Source: Antedon mediterranea
Lineage: Eukaryota; Animalia; Echinodermata
Assembly (NCBI RefSeq): GCF_964355755.1
Contig: NC_092670.1
Location: 12,324,795-12,388,794, forward strand
DNA length: 64,000 nucleotides
Reading direction: 5' to 3'
Position numbers and translations under genes: made by a program. The notes under the pieces were generated by a model, which was given only the letters and a program-made list of their open reading frames with translations, searched no databases and was not told the DNA's origin. Positions 49,810 through 62,697 of the stretch are shown piece after piece. The first letter of the stretch is position 1, and the number at the start of each line of letters is the position of its first letter.

Positions 49810-52800
49810 TGTAAAGTTTGACTTTATATCTTGTTTAATGGTTTAGCGCCCTCTCTAGTTCTAGATAATAAGAGTGGGTCAGAGGTCATGTTGACCATGT
49901 GAATCTTTGAATTGGTGATTGATACGCACATCTTATGAGAATTCCCGTGAAATATAACCTTAATGTAGACGTAATAGTGTAAGTTCTTTGAGTAGTGCAT
50001 TCACTGTATTGTACTTTGATATTATTATATACTGTAGCTCTAATGAGTTTTTTGTCTAGTTTGCTTTTGGGAGCTTTATACAGTGGTCTAGGCCTAGCTT
50101 TATGCATGTGTTTATGTAATTTGTTATTGTTGTTGCAGATTTCGAACATCTGATCATTGTTGAATTAAAGTTGTTTGGAAACGTTAACGTGTGACACGGG
50201 TCTTCTTTACATTCGAAATACTGTGTTCTACGTGCACAGTGAGAAGTGACAGCACTCTGCTGACCTGTTTATGAACCTGCTCATCACGCACTCAAGTTAC
50301 CGTTCTTTCGGTGTGATACCAATATTTGACTGCGCCAGGAGCTACATCCTTGTATCACTGTATACACAGAACTGTATTCACTTGAATCACCGACTTTAAT
50401 TTATTCTATAAAACATGGCTGACCCCGATTATAAGAAATTGAGACGTATTGCCAAGGGACGTTTTACAAGAATTTGTAATTCTATCGTCGCCGCAATTGA
50501 CCAGAATAAAACAATAGAATATGTACATATGCTGAATGCTGACTTGAAGGAAGCCTGGAAATCAGTAAACGATCGACATGAATCAGTAGTTTTACAGTCT
50601 GCAAAGGACGAAGAGGAGAATGAGAATTGGATTGGCCAACTAGAGAAGACAAATCAATCAAATCAAATCAAATCACATTCAACAACTTTGCGATCAGATA
50701 ATCCAATTGATTAACAAGAATTCTGTTGAGGGTGTTAAAGCTGCAAGGGCTGACCTTGATGGAAGACGTAAAAACTGCACATATGCAATACGTTTCCATG
50801 CTTCCCAATGAAGAGGCAATAAATGAAAATCTGTGGCTCCAGTCAGTACGTGATAAGTACGGCGAGACCAGTAGTGCTGTTGCTATATTTTTGGAGCACC
50901 TCGACAAAAGCAAAACTCAGAAGACAGTAGATGAAAAGAGAAAAGGCGGTATACAATTGGAAAAAATGCGATTGCCAACCTTTGACGGAGATGTAAGGGC
51001 CTACCCTAGATTCAAAACAGACTTTCTAAAATTCATTTTGCCTGAGACCACAAGGGATCAAGCAGCATTCGTTTAGCGGAAATCTCTTGGAGAAAAACCT
51101 CTACAAGTTGTAGGCGCCGTAGATGATGATATCAACGAAATATGGAAGCGATGGGATGAGCGGTATGGCGACCCAATAAAATTAGCAGATGCCGTTATGC
51201 ATGACTTTGAAAGTATCGACTCACTCAAAGACGGAGACGACAAAAGATTTGTTGAGTTTGTCGACATCATCGAGAGAGGTCATAATGACCTACGGAAATT
51301 AGGAATGGAGAAGGAAATGTCCAACACCAGAGTGGTTAGTGAGAGGAGATTGCCACCTGCTATTCGAAGAGAATGGTCACGGTCATTATATGATGAAAAA
51401 GCAGTAATTGATAGAACTGACAGATTTCCTGCGCTTCTTAAATTTTTAGTGAGGGAAAAGAAAAGTGTAGAATACGAAGTGTCGGGAGTGAGATCGAAGC
51501 CGTCTTCGCGCTTTACCATTAACACCACAAACATTGAAGAGAGAAACAACGCACCCAAATCTGAAAACAACAAGAACTGCTTAGTCCATGACATGGGCCA
51601 GCATACCACGCCTGAATGCCGGGCTTACATTGCAATGAACCTATCTGACAAAACACAACTTGTTAGGGCCAAGGGTGCATGTTTTGGCTGCCTAGTAAGA
51701 GGGCATCGTATAGCTGAATGCAAAAACAAACGACAATGTGGTGTATCTGAATGTTCACGCTTACACCACTCAAGCCTACATGACGATACTGTTGGAGACA
51801 ATAGTCAACCCAAAACAACATTAAATCACCACACGGGGGTCGCCACTTCTAAACAAACTGGAGCCTGCCTTTTGCAGTTGATGAGCATAAAGGTGGGAGC
51901 TGGGCATATGAATGTCTTGTTTGATGGCTGTGCAACGGCATCTCTCGTAACAAACAAATCGGCAAGGGCAGCCAAGCTTAAGGGTCAGCCTCTGAAAATT
52001 GCCATTACGAAGATTGGAGGACTAACAGAGGAAATAGACAGTTTCCATTATATTGTACCTCTAATCGACAAACAGGGATCCGTGATCAACATATCTGCAT
52101 ACGGTATTGACCAGATTACGTCAAATATAGAATGCATAGCAGTGCAGCATGTAGTGGGACTATTCAGTAAAGTCCGATTTGAAGAGATCAAGCGACCAAC
52201 TGGCCAAGTTGACTTGCTTGTAGGATACGAGTACGCAGGTTATCACCCAATAAGAATGGAAGCTGCGGAACATCTACTTTTGCTCGAGAACCGATTTGCA
52301 AAATGCTTGGGCGGTTCACATCCAACCCTAAAAGAAAATACAACAACGCTTGTAAAGACTGCAGCATTAATACATCATGTTACAACTTGCAGTTTGGATT
52401 CATTTATTAAGATGGCAGGAATGGGTGTTCAGTGCAACTCTCAATGTGGTAGCTGTCGTTGTGGGAGATGTCCCGTTGGCGCAAAGAAATACACACTGAA
52501 GGAAGAAAGGGAATTCGCGTTGATCGAGAAAAATCTCAAATTTTGTGGTTCTCATTGGATTGCAGAATATCCCTGGATTAAAGACCCAGCTGAATTGCCA
52601 AATAATCGAAACGCCGCACTTTTCGCTGAATTTACAGAGATTAGCCAAAAGCATCAGACACCATTGTGTTCCTTGTAGGAAGAGAGAGAAAGACATGTCC
52701 GGACAACAGATGGGACAATTACCTATTGAGCGATTGAAGCCCTCTCCACCATGGTCATTCATCGGTGTTGACTTGTTTGCTCCATTTATAACTCGTGGCG

Positions 52801-54078
52801 AAGTAAACAAGAGAGCAAGAGGAAAAGCTTATGGAATCATATTCACCTGTTTTGTTACTCAAGCCGTATATCTAGACCTCGCCACGGACTACAGCACAAC
52901 TGGATTTCTACAAGCATTTCGTAGATTTGTGTCCATAAGAGGATACCCCACTGAGATATACAATCAATTAGTTTCTGCTTCGAAGGAGTTAAAAGGGGTA
53001 ATTGACGGATGGCAGGAGAGTGATCTTCATGATTTCGGCATCACCAAAGGTACTACTTGGAAGTTTTCAGCCGCGGATTCTCCCTGGCAAAATGGAGTAA
53101 CAGAGATACTGAACAAAGGTATAAAGAAAGGTATACATCATGCCATTGTTCCATTTAACGAATTACAAACCGTGCTATTTGAGGTAGCCAACTTGGTTAA
53201 CGAAAGGCCAATTGGGAGACATCCAACCGATCCCGAAGATGGGGCATACTTATGTCCAAATACGATTTTATTGGGACGTGCTACAACCAGAGTACCGAGT
53301 GGACCATGGAGAGCTACCAATAACATTAGAAACCGTATCGAATTTGTACAAAGCTTAATAAAGTCTTTCTGGGTTAAATGGAACAGAGATTACTTCCCAT
53401 CATTAATAGTTAGACAAAAATGGCATCATGAGAAGAGAAATATGCAGATCGGAGATGTCGTGTTGGTGCAGGATAGCAACACCGCCCGTGGGAAATGGAG
53501 GATGGGATTGGGTTCCAGTGTGTATCCAGACATAAACGGAAAAGTGAGAACGGTGCAAGTTGAATTAAGAAATGAAGATAGAAATGCGAAGCAGACTGTA
53601 ACTCGTGCAGTGCAACGATTGATCGTTCTAGTGGCAGTAGACGGCATTAATGAATAGTTTGTTTCGTGGGGCGGAATGTAAAGTTTGACTTTATATCTTG
53701 TTTAATGGTTTAGCGCCCTCTCTAGTTCTAGATAATAAGAGTGGGTCAGAGGTCATGTTGACCATGTGAATCTTTGAATTGGTGATTGATACGCACATCT
53801 TATGAGAATTCCCGTGAAATATAACCTTAATGTAGACGTAATAGTGTAAGTTCTTTGAGTAGTGCATTCACTGTATTGTACTTTGATATTATTATATACT
53901 GTAGCTCTAATGAGTTTTTTGTCTAGTTTGCTTTTGGGAGCTTTATACAGTGGTCTAGGCCTAGCTTTATGCATGTGTTTATGTAATTTGTTATTGTTGT
54001 TGCAGATTTCGAACATCTGATCATTGTTGAATTAAAGTTGTTTGGAAACGTTAACGTGTGACACGGGTCTTCTTTACA
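49810..54078 (+). mobile_element. BEL/Pao LTR retrotransposon, internally deleted (no RT/RNase H)
   Basis: 402-bp LTRs 49810-50211 and 53677-54078 (TG..CA) look identical by eye. TSD TTAAT; PPT GTGGGGCGGAA. Confidence 0.93.
50415..53657 (+). pseudogene. BEL/Pao gag-protease fused by deletion to integrase; several stops and frameshifts
   Basis: LPTFDGD..YPRF; triple knuckle CLVH..C, CFGC..H..C, C..C..HH.SLH; VLFDGCA; PW..LPNN. Near 52620 it jumps directly to CVPC..QMGQLP.ERL, GVDLFAP, SPWQNGVTE and FW..W..Y. Confidence 0.88.
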
Positions 54079-56905
54079 TTAATATTATAGTATTATACTA
54101 AAAATAAGACGAGTTGGTGGTGTCGAAATTCACACAAGTCACAATAAAACCATGGAGGTATAAAATATTTTATTTTTATACCTCATGCTAAAACCTTATT
54201 CCTTACTCCATGCTCACAGATGAATGTTATAGGCCTAATCCTATTTAAAGCTAGGTTGGCTATAACTATTAATAAGGCTTACAAGTTGTATCTATTAGTA
54301 TTAGCTAGGCCTGCTACTCACTCAGGGTGAACCCTCACTCAGGCCTACAACTAGGCCTAGTACTACTACCACTACTAGACTAGCTACTACTCTAGGACTA
54401 GCCAATAGATAGGGGATAGTACACTAGATAGCCAGTACAGCTGTAATGGGCTAGCTAGGCTTCCTATACTAACTAACAAAGCTGCACCATAGAAACTACA
54501 GTTCTTACTTACCAATCTGCTAGGGCCTAGCCATAGTCTTTTCTTCAAGTAGGAGTTGTTTTTGTTGTTGTTAAACTACAGAACTTTCCCACATCGTCGT
54601 CTCGCCATATCACGTCGTATTTTTTTTCTGATGACCTAGAGGTCACATACACGCACAAGAATCATACAATATGCATAATTCATAAGCTAATTCAGGTCAA
54701 GGGTTAAATTAAACCGGAAGCCAGCTGGCTGCCAGCCAACCGACTTCCGGTTGACTATTTTTTACTTTAAATTACGATTTTCTAAGGTAAATAATTTTTT
54801 TTTTGATCCAATTTTTTTTCAAAGTGAATAACTTTTATGTATCATTAAAATGGCCTTTAAAAAAAAAAAATTTGTTCAGGGGGACAATACATCTTTAAAT
54901 AAGCCAGTGGGTAAATCTTTATGGAATTCATTCAAAAGGAAAGCAATATGCTTAACATTGAATGTGAAAGATATAACAATAAAGAAACAAGTATAGAAAA
55001 ATGGGTAGCTTTAAGAAATACTATTATGTTAATATAAATTCTAATTTGCTCGATTATCAGAAAAGGAATTCACAGTGATACGAGTTACAGGTGGTGCTGA
55101 TCTGATTTAATTCGTTTTATCTTGTATATAAATACATTGTATAATCCGGGTTGTAAAATTAAAACAAACAATTGAAAATCTCACAAATTCTTTATGTGTA
55201 AAATATTTTAAAACGAAGAACATTAATGAAAATAGGAGGCAATACGGAATTCATAAATGTAAAATGTTACTGATGAATTGTAACGACATTGGGAATTAAC
55301 AAATGTGTTAAATAATATGATTTTATGTAATGACATGAGATAATATAATGAATGTGGATAAAAGTGGTGTTTGCACCACAAAAGAGAAAAAAAAAGCTAT
55401 CGATGGAATGGTGGGTACGAAATCCATGATAATTTATTTACTTATCTAAAATAAATTCAACGGGAACCTGATTTTACAAGAGGACCTCTTATATGAGTTT
55501 GTGAGGACTCCGTTTATAGAGGACATCTTAATATCTGTCATGTTCTAAAGACTCCTTAATATCAGTTCAAATTGATCAGTTCTTTTCTAATGAAGAATCT
55601 GGGCAATTTACAATCAAGCAACAACACCACATAATTCTACGTGAATTCTGCTGTACGTGAGCTAGCCTTAATAATACCGCCTGATTACGGTATATAGGCC
55701 TACAGTATTAGCTTCAGAATAAATGACGACGCATTCTACAGATATTAAAACAAAATGAAAATATTAAATTGGCTTCGTCGAAATGTTGTACCTTGATAGA
55801 TAGACCCCCAAGCAGACAGCCCACATTACTGTACAGACAATCTGCACTGCAGCACAATCTATTGGTTTTAACTGTACACGCGGTGATTCAACTAAAAGTA
55901 GTAAAAACATTTTGGCACACTTCAAGGCGTATCATATAATTTGCGGACCATGACCGAAGCACTTTCGCTTCGATCTATTCGACGAAAATCAAAAAAGGAT
56001 AACTATTTTCTGCTTTATATTTAATTTAATGTAATAGCTTGATCTAATAACAGGCGTAACAACACAGAATACATATTGTAGTTTAATACTGGCTCAAATA
56101 TGTTTGTTTTATATAAACTGTATTTTACAAAATTACAATAGAACTTCATTTTGCAATATAGTACCTAATTTGGCGCCTTAGACGCCAAATTAAGTGCGGT
56201 ACCTCATTTGGCAGTGGTACCTCATTTGGCGTGACAGGACCAACTCGTTCGTAGTGGTATAGGCCTCTATCATTTCCAACTCCAAACAGAAGAAAAAATA
56301 ACATCGCAAAAATGGCATCTTCTTCCATAGTGTATAGATGAAACAATGAAACCCTTAAAATAACTTTTATTAAATGAACCGAGAACAAAATTAACACAAT
56401 GCAAACGTGAACGAATACAATAATGAAAATGGTAAAAACCGCGCGAATACATCGGACAGCGAGGAGGCGACGATGATTGTTGACAACTCCGCCAATTCAA
56501 GCGATCAACGATTTGACCTTTTATCCTAGCATGCACTGTGTGTTGATGAAACTTCCGGTACAACACGGTATCGTGATTTAGTGTATAGTACAGTAAACAA
56601 CAGCAAACGTTAAGGTGGGTTGACCTCGGTCCCAACAACACGCTAAAAATTAAAGCCATGTTCAAATTTAGGGTGTTGTATAAACACGACCTTCAAGTCA
56701 GAGGTTATTAGCGGATATTATCCTGTCTCAAGATTGTTCAAGTCAAGTTTAGTTCTATGTAAGTTTACAGTTGCTGCTACCATCGCGTTATTAGTGGATA
56801 TTATCCTGTCTCAAGATTGTTCAAGTCAAGTTTAGGCCTAGTTCTTAGTCTGGGCTCCAGACGGAGTTTTGTAAAAATATAAATATTTTTGCACATATGG
56901 CGTTT

Positions 56906-57365
56906 ACAACGAATATTAAATAAAGTAGGTAGGATCACAGGATCTAGACATAATTTGGATGACCTTTGCAACAAAATCATAAGAAATAAGGCTATGAAAA
57001 TATGCGACGACTCAAACCACCCTTTAAATAAACATTATGTTAAAATGAGATCAAAAAGACTAAATGTGCTGAGATCGTGCAATAGTAGGGTTATGCGATA
57101 TTTTAATTCTTTTGTTCCGTATTCTATTAGACTGTTAGATGATTTTGCATAATTTTTGAAATTTTTGATGTAATTGCAGCTTTTTATTTTTTATTTAGTC
57201 AATTGTAGTCTTATGTTCATACTTGTACATTGTTAAATAATATATAGTGTTTTTAAATATTGTAATTAATTATTTTTTATATGAAACGTTTTTATATATT
57301 TTTGTACAATTTTGTGAAAAGCACTCAAAATATTTTCCTATGTGGACGAAATAAAGTTATCATAT
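56906..57365 (+). mobile_element. 5'-truncated Rex1-like LINE 3' end
   Basis: LQRI..KAMKICDDSNHPL..R..RS..R..NSFVPYSIRLL, AT-rich 3' UTR, AATAAA and a short (ATCAT) tail. The empty-site paralog is at ~19495. Confidence 0.75.
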
Positions 57366-58275
57366 CATACGTGTATTACTTGAGTTTGGATACTCCGTCT
57401 GGGGAAACACGCATAAGTCACGTGGTTTGACACCAAGAATTCTTGGTGCATAAATTATCCAGTTGACTAGTTTCAGCCGCATGCCATTGGCTACTCACTC
57501 GTACATCATTTTAATATTCATATTTCAGAATTTCAAAGACTCAACGTCTAAGACGCGTCTTAGACGATGCGCATGCGCTATGTTACGTTTAGACAATGTG
57601 TACTTGGCCGGGTACATTGATGAAAGTTTCCGAAGGCTAAAAATGATTTTATATGCCTAGTAGTCTGGTAAACATTTGATGAGATTTTTCCCAAGAACAT
57701 GGAAACTCGTCTTGATATGATAGGCTAGCTTCTCCGCCAAATCAAACATTGAATGGATCATTTATTATGCGAAAAAAATTAGATTTAATTCCCACCCAGA
57801 CCCTGTTCTGTGTGGTGGTGTAGCCTGTTGTGTGCCGGTCGGTGGTGGTATGTAGGCCTACCTTATTGGCGTTTTATTTGGAAGGTCATACGTACGAGTT
57901 GAGTAGCCCTACGAAGGAGGCCTAGGCCAGGACTAAACAATTAATAAACAAAACAACCTGAACAGTTGTTCAGTCTCATCGTACATTCAGCATACTGTAC
58001 GTACGTACTCGATCTTTTTCATTTTGAAACAAAATGATCATTGGTTGATTCGAAATCCATATTTACATACCGCCCGCCCCATATAGCCAAATACGGTATG
58101 ATAACCTACGTCATTCTTATTGGATGTTTGCGGTTTGCAAATCGATTTCTATACGTGTTTCACAAGTCTGTATTTTCAGACAAAAATCGCGGTCGAAATA
58201 AAAACAAATAAATAAAAAAAAAAGACAATAAATACAGACTTGGGGCAAGTCTAGCCTAGTTCTATGTAAGTTTAC

Positions 58276-60935
58276 GGATCAACCTGAGTTTTCGGCATGT
58301 ATTGAATATAGGACTATTCCATTATTATTTATAGGGGTGTTAGTCAATAAGTTGGGTTGGGTGTGCCAGGCTTGTTGAGGCTTCTATTGTTCGTGTCATT
58401 GTGCCAATTGTTTTGTATTTCACTGTGTTTGATAAACACAAACAAAAAACTGCTGCTGTAGTTAGCCTATGTGTCTGTAAATTATATCGTATTTTACACT
58501 ATATTTATATAGCCTATAGGCCCTAACATGTTTTTTTACCGTCAACAGTTAAATCATATCGTGTTTTATTTTACATTTCATGTAATATTATTATATGTTT
58601 TTTTTCTCAACAGCCGAATCAAGTTATATAGCCTCTTACAAATAACAAGAAAAAATACATTCAAACGTTATTCACAATAAGGAGAAAACATATACAACTT
58701 ATTTAATTTATGTTTTAATGTATATAAATCCAAAGGAAAATTAATGAAACAACGACAATGATGTGGGTATCAGTGGCTGGATCTCAATAGAGATACAAAA
58801 AAAAGGCGAAAAGCTAAATCAAAACGATAAAGTAACAGCCAGAAAAACAATTTATATAAATACATCCATGTTTGTTTTTTTCTCAACAGTTTATGACTTT
58901 AACAAATTCAGTACACTTAAAGGCATAAGATTAAGCAAAACATACATTGTGTAACATATTTAATTTAAGGTATATATGTTTTATTTCATCGACCCAGTTT
59001 TAAGTGTTATTTAGTAGTGTCATGTTTGGTTCAACTCAATGAGTTAGCAATGTTCGTGAGGTTCTCTCTCCAGCTGATTCTGACACAAAAACTAAAATAG
59101 TCAGAAATAAAATTGCAGAACTTTCTCTCATGCAACACACACTAACTAACCCTTCCCCAGTAGGCCTACAGGATATATAGGGCCTACACTGTTAAAAAAA
59201 TTCTTATAAAAAAACTGTAAATTACTGGTAATCTGGACGCCAGTAATTTACCGTAATGTAGAATTACAGGTAGGCCTACTGTTGAAAATAAATTACTGTA
59301 AAACTACAAATTACTGTTAACTTGAAAGTCGGATGTCAACTATAACGTAAAATCACAGGTACCGTTTCTAATAAATTACTACAGTATAATTACTGTTAAT
59401 CTGAAAGTCTGTTTGTCAACAATAACGTAAAATCACGGGTACCATAAAACTACGTAAAATTACTGTCGATTTCAAAGGAAGTGGTCTACCATTAATGTAG
59501 AATAATGTTGATAAATAACTGTAAAACTACATTAAAATTACTGTCGATTTCAATGGTCAATGGTAATGTAAAATCACAGGTACCGTTATTAATAAATTAC
59601 TGTAAAAGATTCAGTGAATTCCAACCAAACAAAATATTACAAAAATATAAATACCATACAAACAAAATAAATACATACCAATAATCTTATTTCAATAACT
59701 GATTAACAATAACAAACTCCATTATAACATTTCTTTTTCTACTTGTCTAAACATCTTGTTTCTGTCATGTTCTTATGTTCCCTACAATGTTCATTGTATC
59801 TGAACTTGATCTGGGATTCTCTGTAAACGTTTCTTTTTTTAAAATAAACAATAACATTTTTATAAATCTATGCCTATATTACATAGATGTTTTCAATCTT
59901 CAAAGTACGTCTTCTATTAAAATCTGTTTATCACCTATATTTAGATTGATTTCAATATAAAATATTTAAGTAATTGATATTTACAATCGATCGAAAATCT
60001 TTAAAAAAAACCAATCTATTAAAATTAGACCTACAGTACCATCTATGCTTGATCATTAAATAATTAATATGGATGTTACAATCATCAAAATATGCCTTAT
60101 ATTAAAATGACCATCAAATAAATGGAAGGTTTATTCCAGAGTACAGGACCTGGATGTGGTAGGTGGACACTTAACAGTAAACCACAGTAAGAATGTTGTT
60201 GATCCAATAACAGGAGTCCACACTCAAAACATAGAATCCTACTGGAATCGTGAAAAATTAAAGTTAAAAAGAATAGGTGTAAACGGGAATGGTTACCGGA
60301 ATACCTTGACGAATTTATGTGGCGAGAAAGATATGGCATAATATAAATTAAACAGATTAAGTAAGTTAAAATAGTATATGTTCCTTGTGCCTTACTAAAT
60401 AATGTTAAAGTTCTTGTGCCTTATATTTGAATAAAGTTTGAAGAATGTATCTTTCGATCTATCGATTTTTTTCTTGTTGTTTGTAGAGGCTATCTGCAAC
60501 TGTTGAGAAAAAACCAAACATGGATGTATTTATATAAATTAAAACATAAATTGGATATTTTATATAAATTAAAACATAAATTAAATAAGATTAAAATGTA
60601 TATGAATCTTTTTCTTGATCTTTTCTTGTTATTTGTAGAGGCTACTTGATTTAACTGTTGAGTAAAAAAACATGTTAGGGCCTATAGGCTACTGTGTATA
60701 GTGTAAAATACGATATAATTTACAGACACATAATAAAAGCTATAGGCTAACTACAGCAGCAGTTTTTTGTTTGTTTTATCAAACACAGTGAAATACAAAA
60801 CAATTGGCACAATGACACGAACAATAGAAGCCTCAACAAGCCTGGCACACCCAACCCAACATATTGACTAACACCCCTATAAATAATAATGGAATAGTCC
60901 TATATTCAATACATGCCGAAAACTCAGGTTGATCC
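58276..60935. mobile_element. Merlin (IS1595-like) non-autonomous DNA transposon with ~270-290 bp TIRs
   Basis: TIRs GGATCAACCTGAGTTTTCGGCATG..; internal remnant HLTVNHSKNVVDPITGVHTQNIESYW (~60168-60245), then YLDEFMWRERYG in another frame. No clean TSD. Confidence 0.8.
59186..59610. repeat. Degenerate ~60-80 bp tandem repeats (AAATTACTGT../AACGTAAAATCACAGGTACC), probably a MITE arm starting CACTGTTAAAAAAA
   Basis: Recurrent motifs are visible; no partner end was found. Confidence 0.55.
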
Positions 60936-62697
60936 TAACGGGGCCACCAGGACGAGGAAGCTTGACACTTATTAAGCATGTGTGAATATTGTATGAATAA
61001 ATATTGCAATAGAACTATACTGTATGTATGCATCTACGGTGTCTCTTATTAAGCATGTGTGTTGAATTGTATATATGCTGTGTGTACAGTTATAGTTTAC
61101 CGTATTTTCTGCACTTAATTTCGGACAGAGACTAACTAAACCTTTTCGACATCCAGGAATTATTATAGAATATTATATATTATAGAATTGATGGAGTGGA
61201 GTTGTGGCTACCAATTCAAGGGTCCTGGGTTCAAGTCCTGTCATATGTCAGGATTTTTTCTAATGACAAATTACAACTCCACTCCCAAAGACTTGTAATA
61301 AGACTCTGTTAAGCATAAGTTTCCTAAAGAGAAAGAAAGTTATGAAGATGAGATAAATTATAAAATAAAATTAATATTAATCCCTACCGTTTCTCGACCC
61401 TCAGTCACCGAGATTAATTTGTTTAGCATTGGGAGTACATTAAAATAAAGTATGTCAATTAAGGTCCAGGGACCACCAAATGGCCATTCGTAAGTTTCCA
61501 TCTCTTTACCAACTTTCAAGGAAGTGGCCCAAATAAATACGCTCAAATTGAATTAGATAGTATTTATAAGCATTTATATACATCCACATCGTATTTTCGA
61601 TTTGTGTGTCATCATTATCAACTGTCTTTTACGTTTTCTATTACTTTTATTTTGTTTATGTGCTTGTGGAATTAACATTTTTTTAGATGACAGAGATCAT
61701 TAGGCGCAGGAGCCCCGGATAGCGTTACGTTTGAAAACCCCAAAAAGTGAGGTTTTCAACCATTAGCGGCATGACTGATGTGAGTGATTAATGTGTTTTA
61801 CGGACGGTTTCAAGGACTATCCTACCAGTGGGCTGTTCACTGGTCAAATGATTGACACTTTGTATCACCGTTTGTAACTGGAGCTGTGACGACCTTTGTA
61901 ACTGGAGCTGTGACGACCTTGCAAGAATACTAGGCCAGAATTTTTAATTGAAAAGTGCCTTGGTATTAACAATAACATGGAGATGGAAACAAATTTGTCT
62001 ATCTTTCTTTCTAAAATAAATGGTCACTATAGTTTCAAACTAGGCTTAGTCCACCACATTAGTAATTACGAATCGAAACCTAAATTAAAATTGTTGGTAT
62101 TCTTTGGCCGTTGTTTGATTAATTACATCTTCATGCCATGTTTTTTTTTTTCTCTAATGATTTGTCGATACGCTCCTATATTAATTAGGCCTACTAGCAG
62201 AGGGTTCGATGAGTTTTGAAAAGTTATGGAAATGTGGTCTAACATATAGCAATTCAGTTTTTTAAGGCCCTTCTTCCTTGTCCGAGCCTTTGGAAATATT
62301 AAAAAGTTATATTAATATAATATATTCTGTGTTTTCATGTTTTGAGAAATTGTATATCATTTCAGATGTTTCGCGCTGCGCTTTTATTTGTTTCGCGCTT
62401 CGTCTTGTTCGAGCTTCCTCCGTACATACCGATAATTAATATGATTTTTCATTTCATTTTTTGTACATTATTAACAAATAGCATACAGAACCCCATACAG
62501 AACATACCCTTCTCTGAGAAAACACTTGTGGGCGATTCCCCGAATACGACATGATGGAATAGCTTTGGAGACTTTGACTTTGGAGTAGGCCTAAATCGAA
62601 ACGTCAAGCAACTCAACAGTTCTTTTCAGAACTAATATAGGCCTACGTGGTGTACCCCAAATTTATATCAACAAATATGTAACTTGTTTAGCACGTT

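Larger units (their letters stand above)
42091..54894. mobile_element. Kolobok-like non-autonomous DNA transposon hosting two nested LTR retrotransposons
   Basis: TTAA|AGTTGTATTGTCCCCC ... GGGGGACAATACATCT|TTAA (15/16 TIR match), with inverted subterminal similarity (AAAGTTATTCACTTT). Confidence 0.65.

Noticed and set aside
49886-54016. Identical 87-aa minus-strand ORFs
   Set aside because: They lie in the two BEL LTRs, so identity reflects LTR duplication.
42819-55290. Other CTGATGA motifs (~42819, ~54628, ~55270) as hammerheads
   Set aside because: No stem II followed by GAAA.
58265-60945. TSD for the Merlin element
   Set aside because: Flanks (AAGTTTAC / TAACGGGG) do not form the expected 8-9 bp duplication.
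61190-61255. Possible tRNA/SINE head (GGGTTCAAGTCC)
   Set aside because: Only a B-box-like motif; no convincing A box, cloverleaf or second copy.
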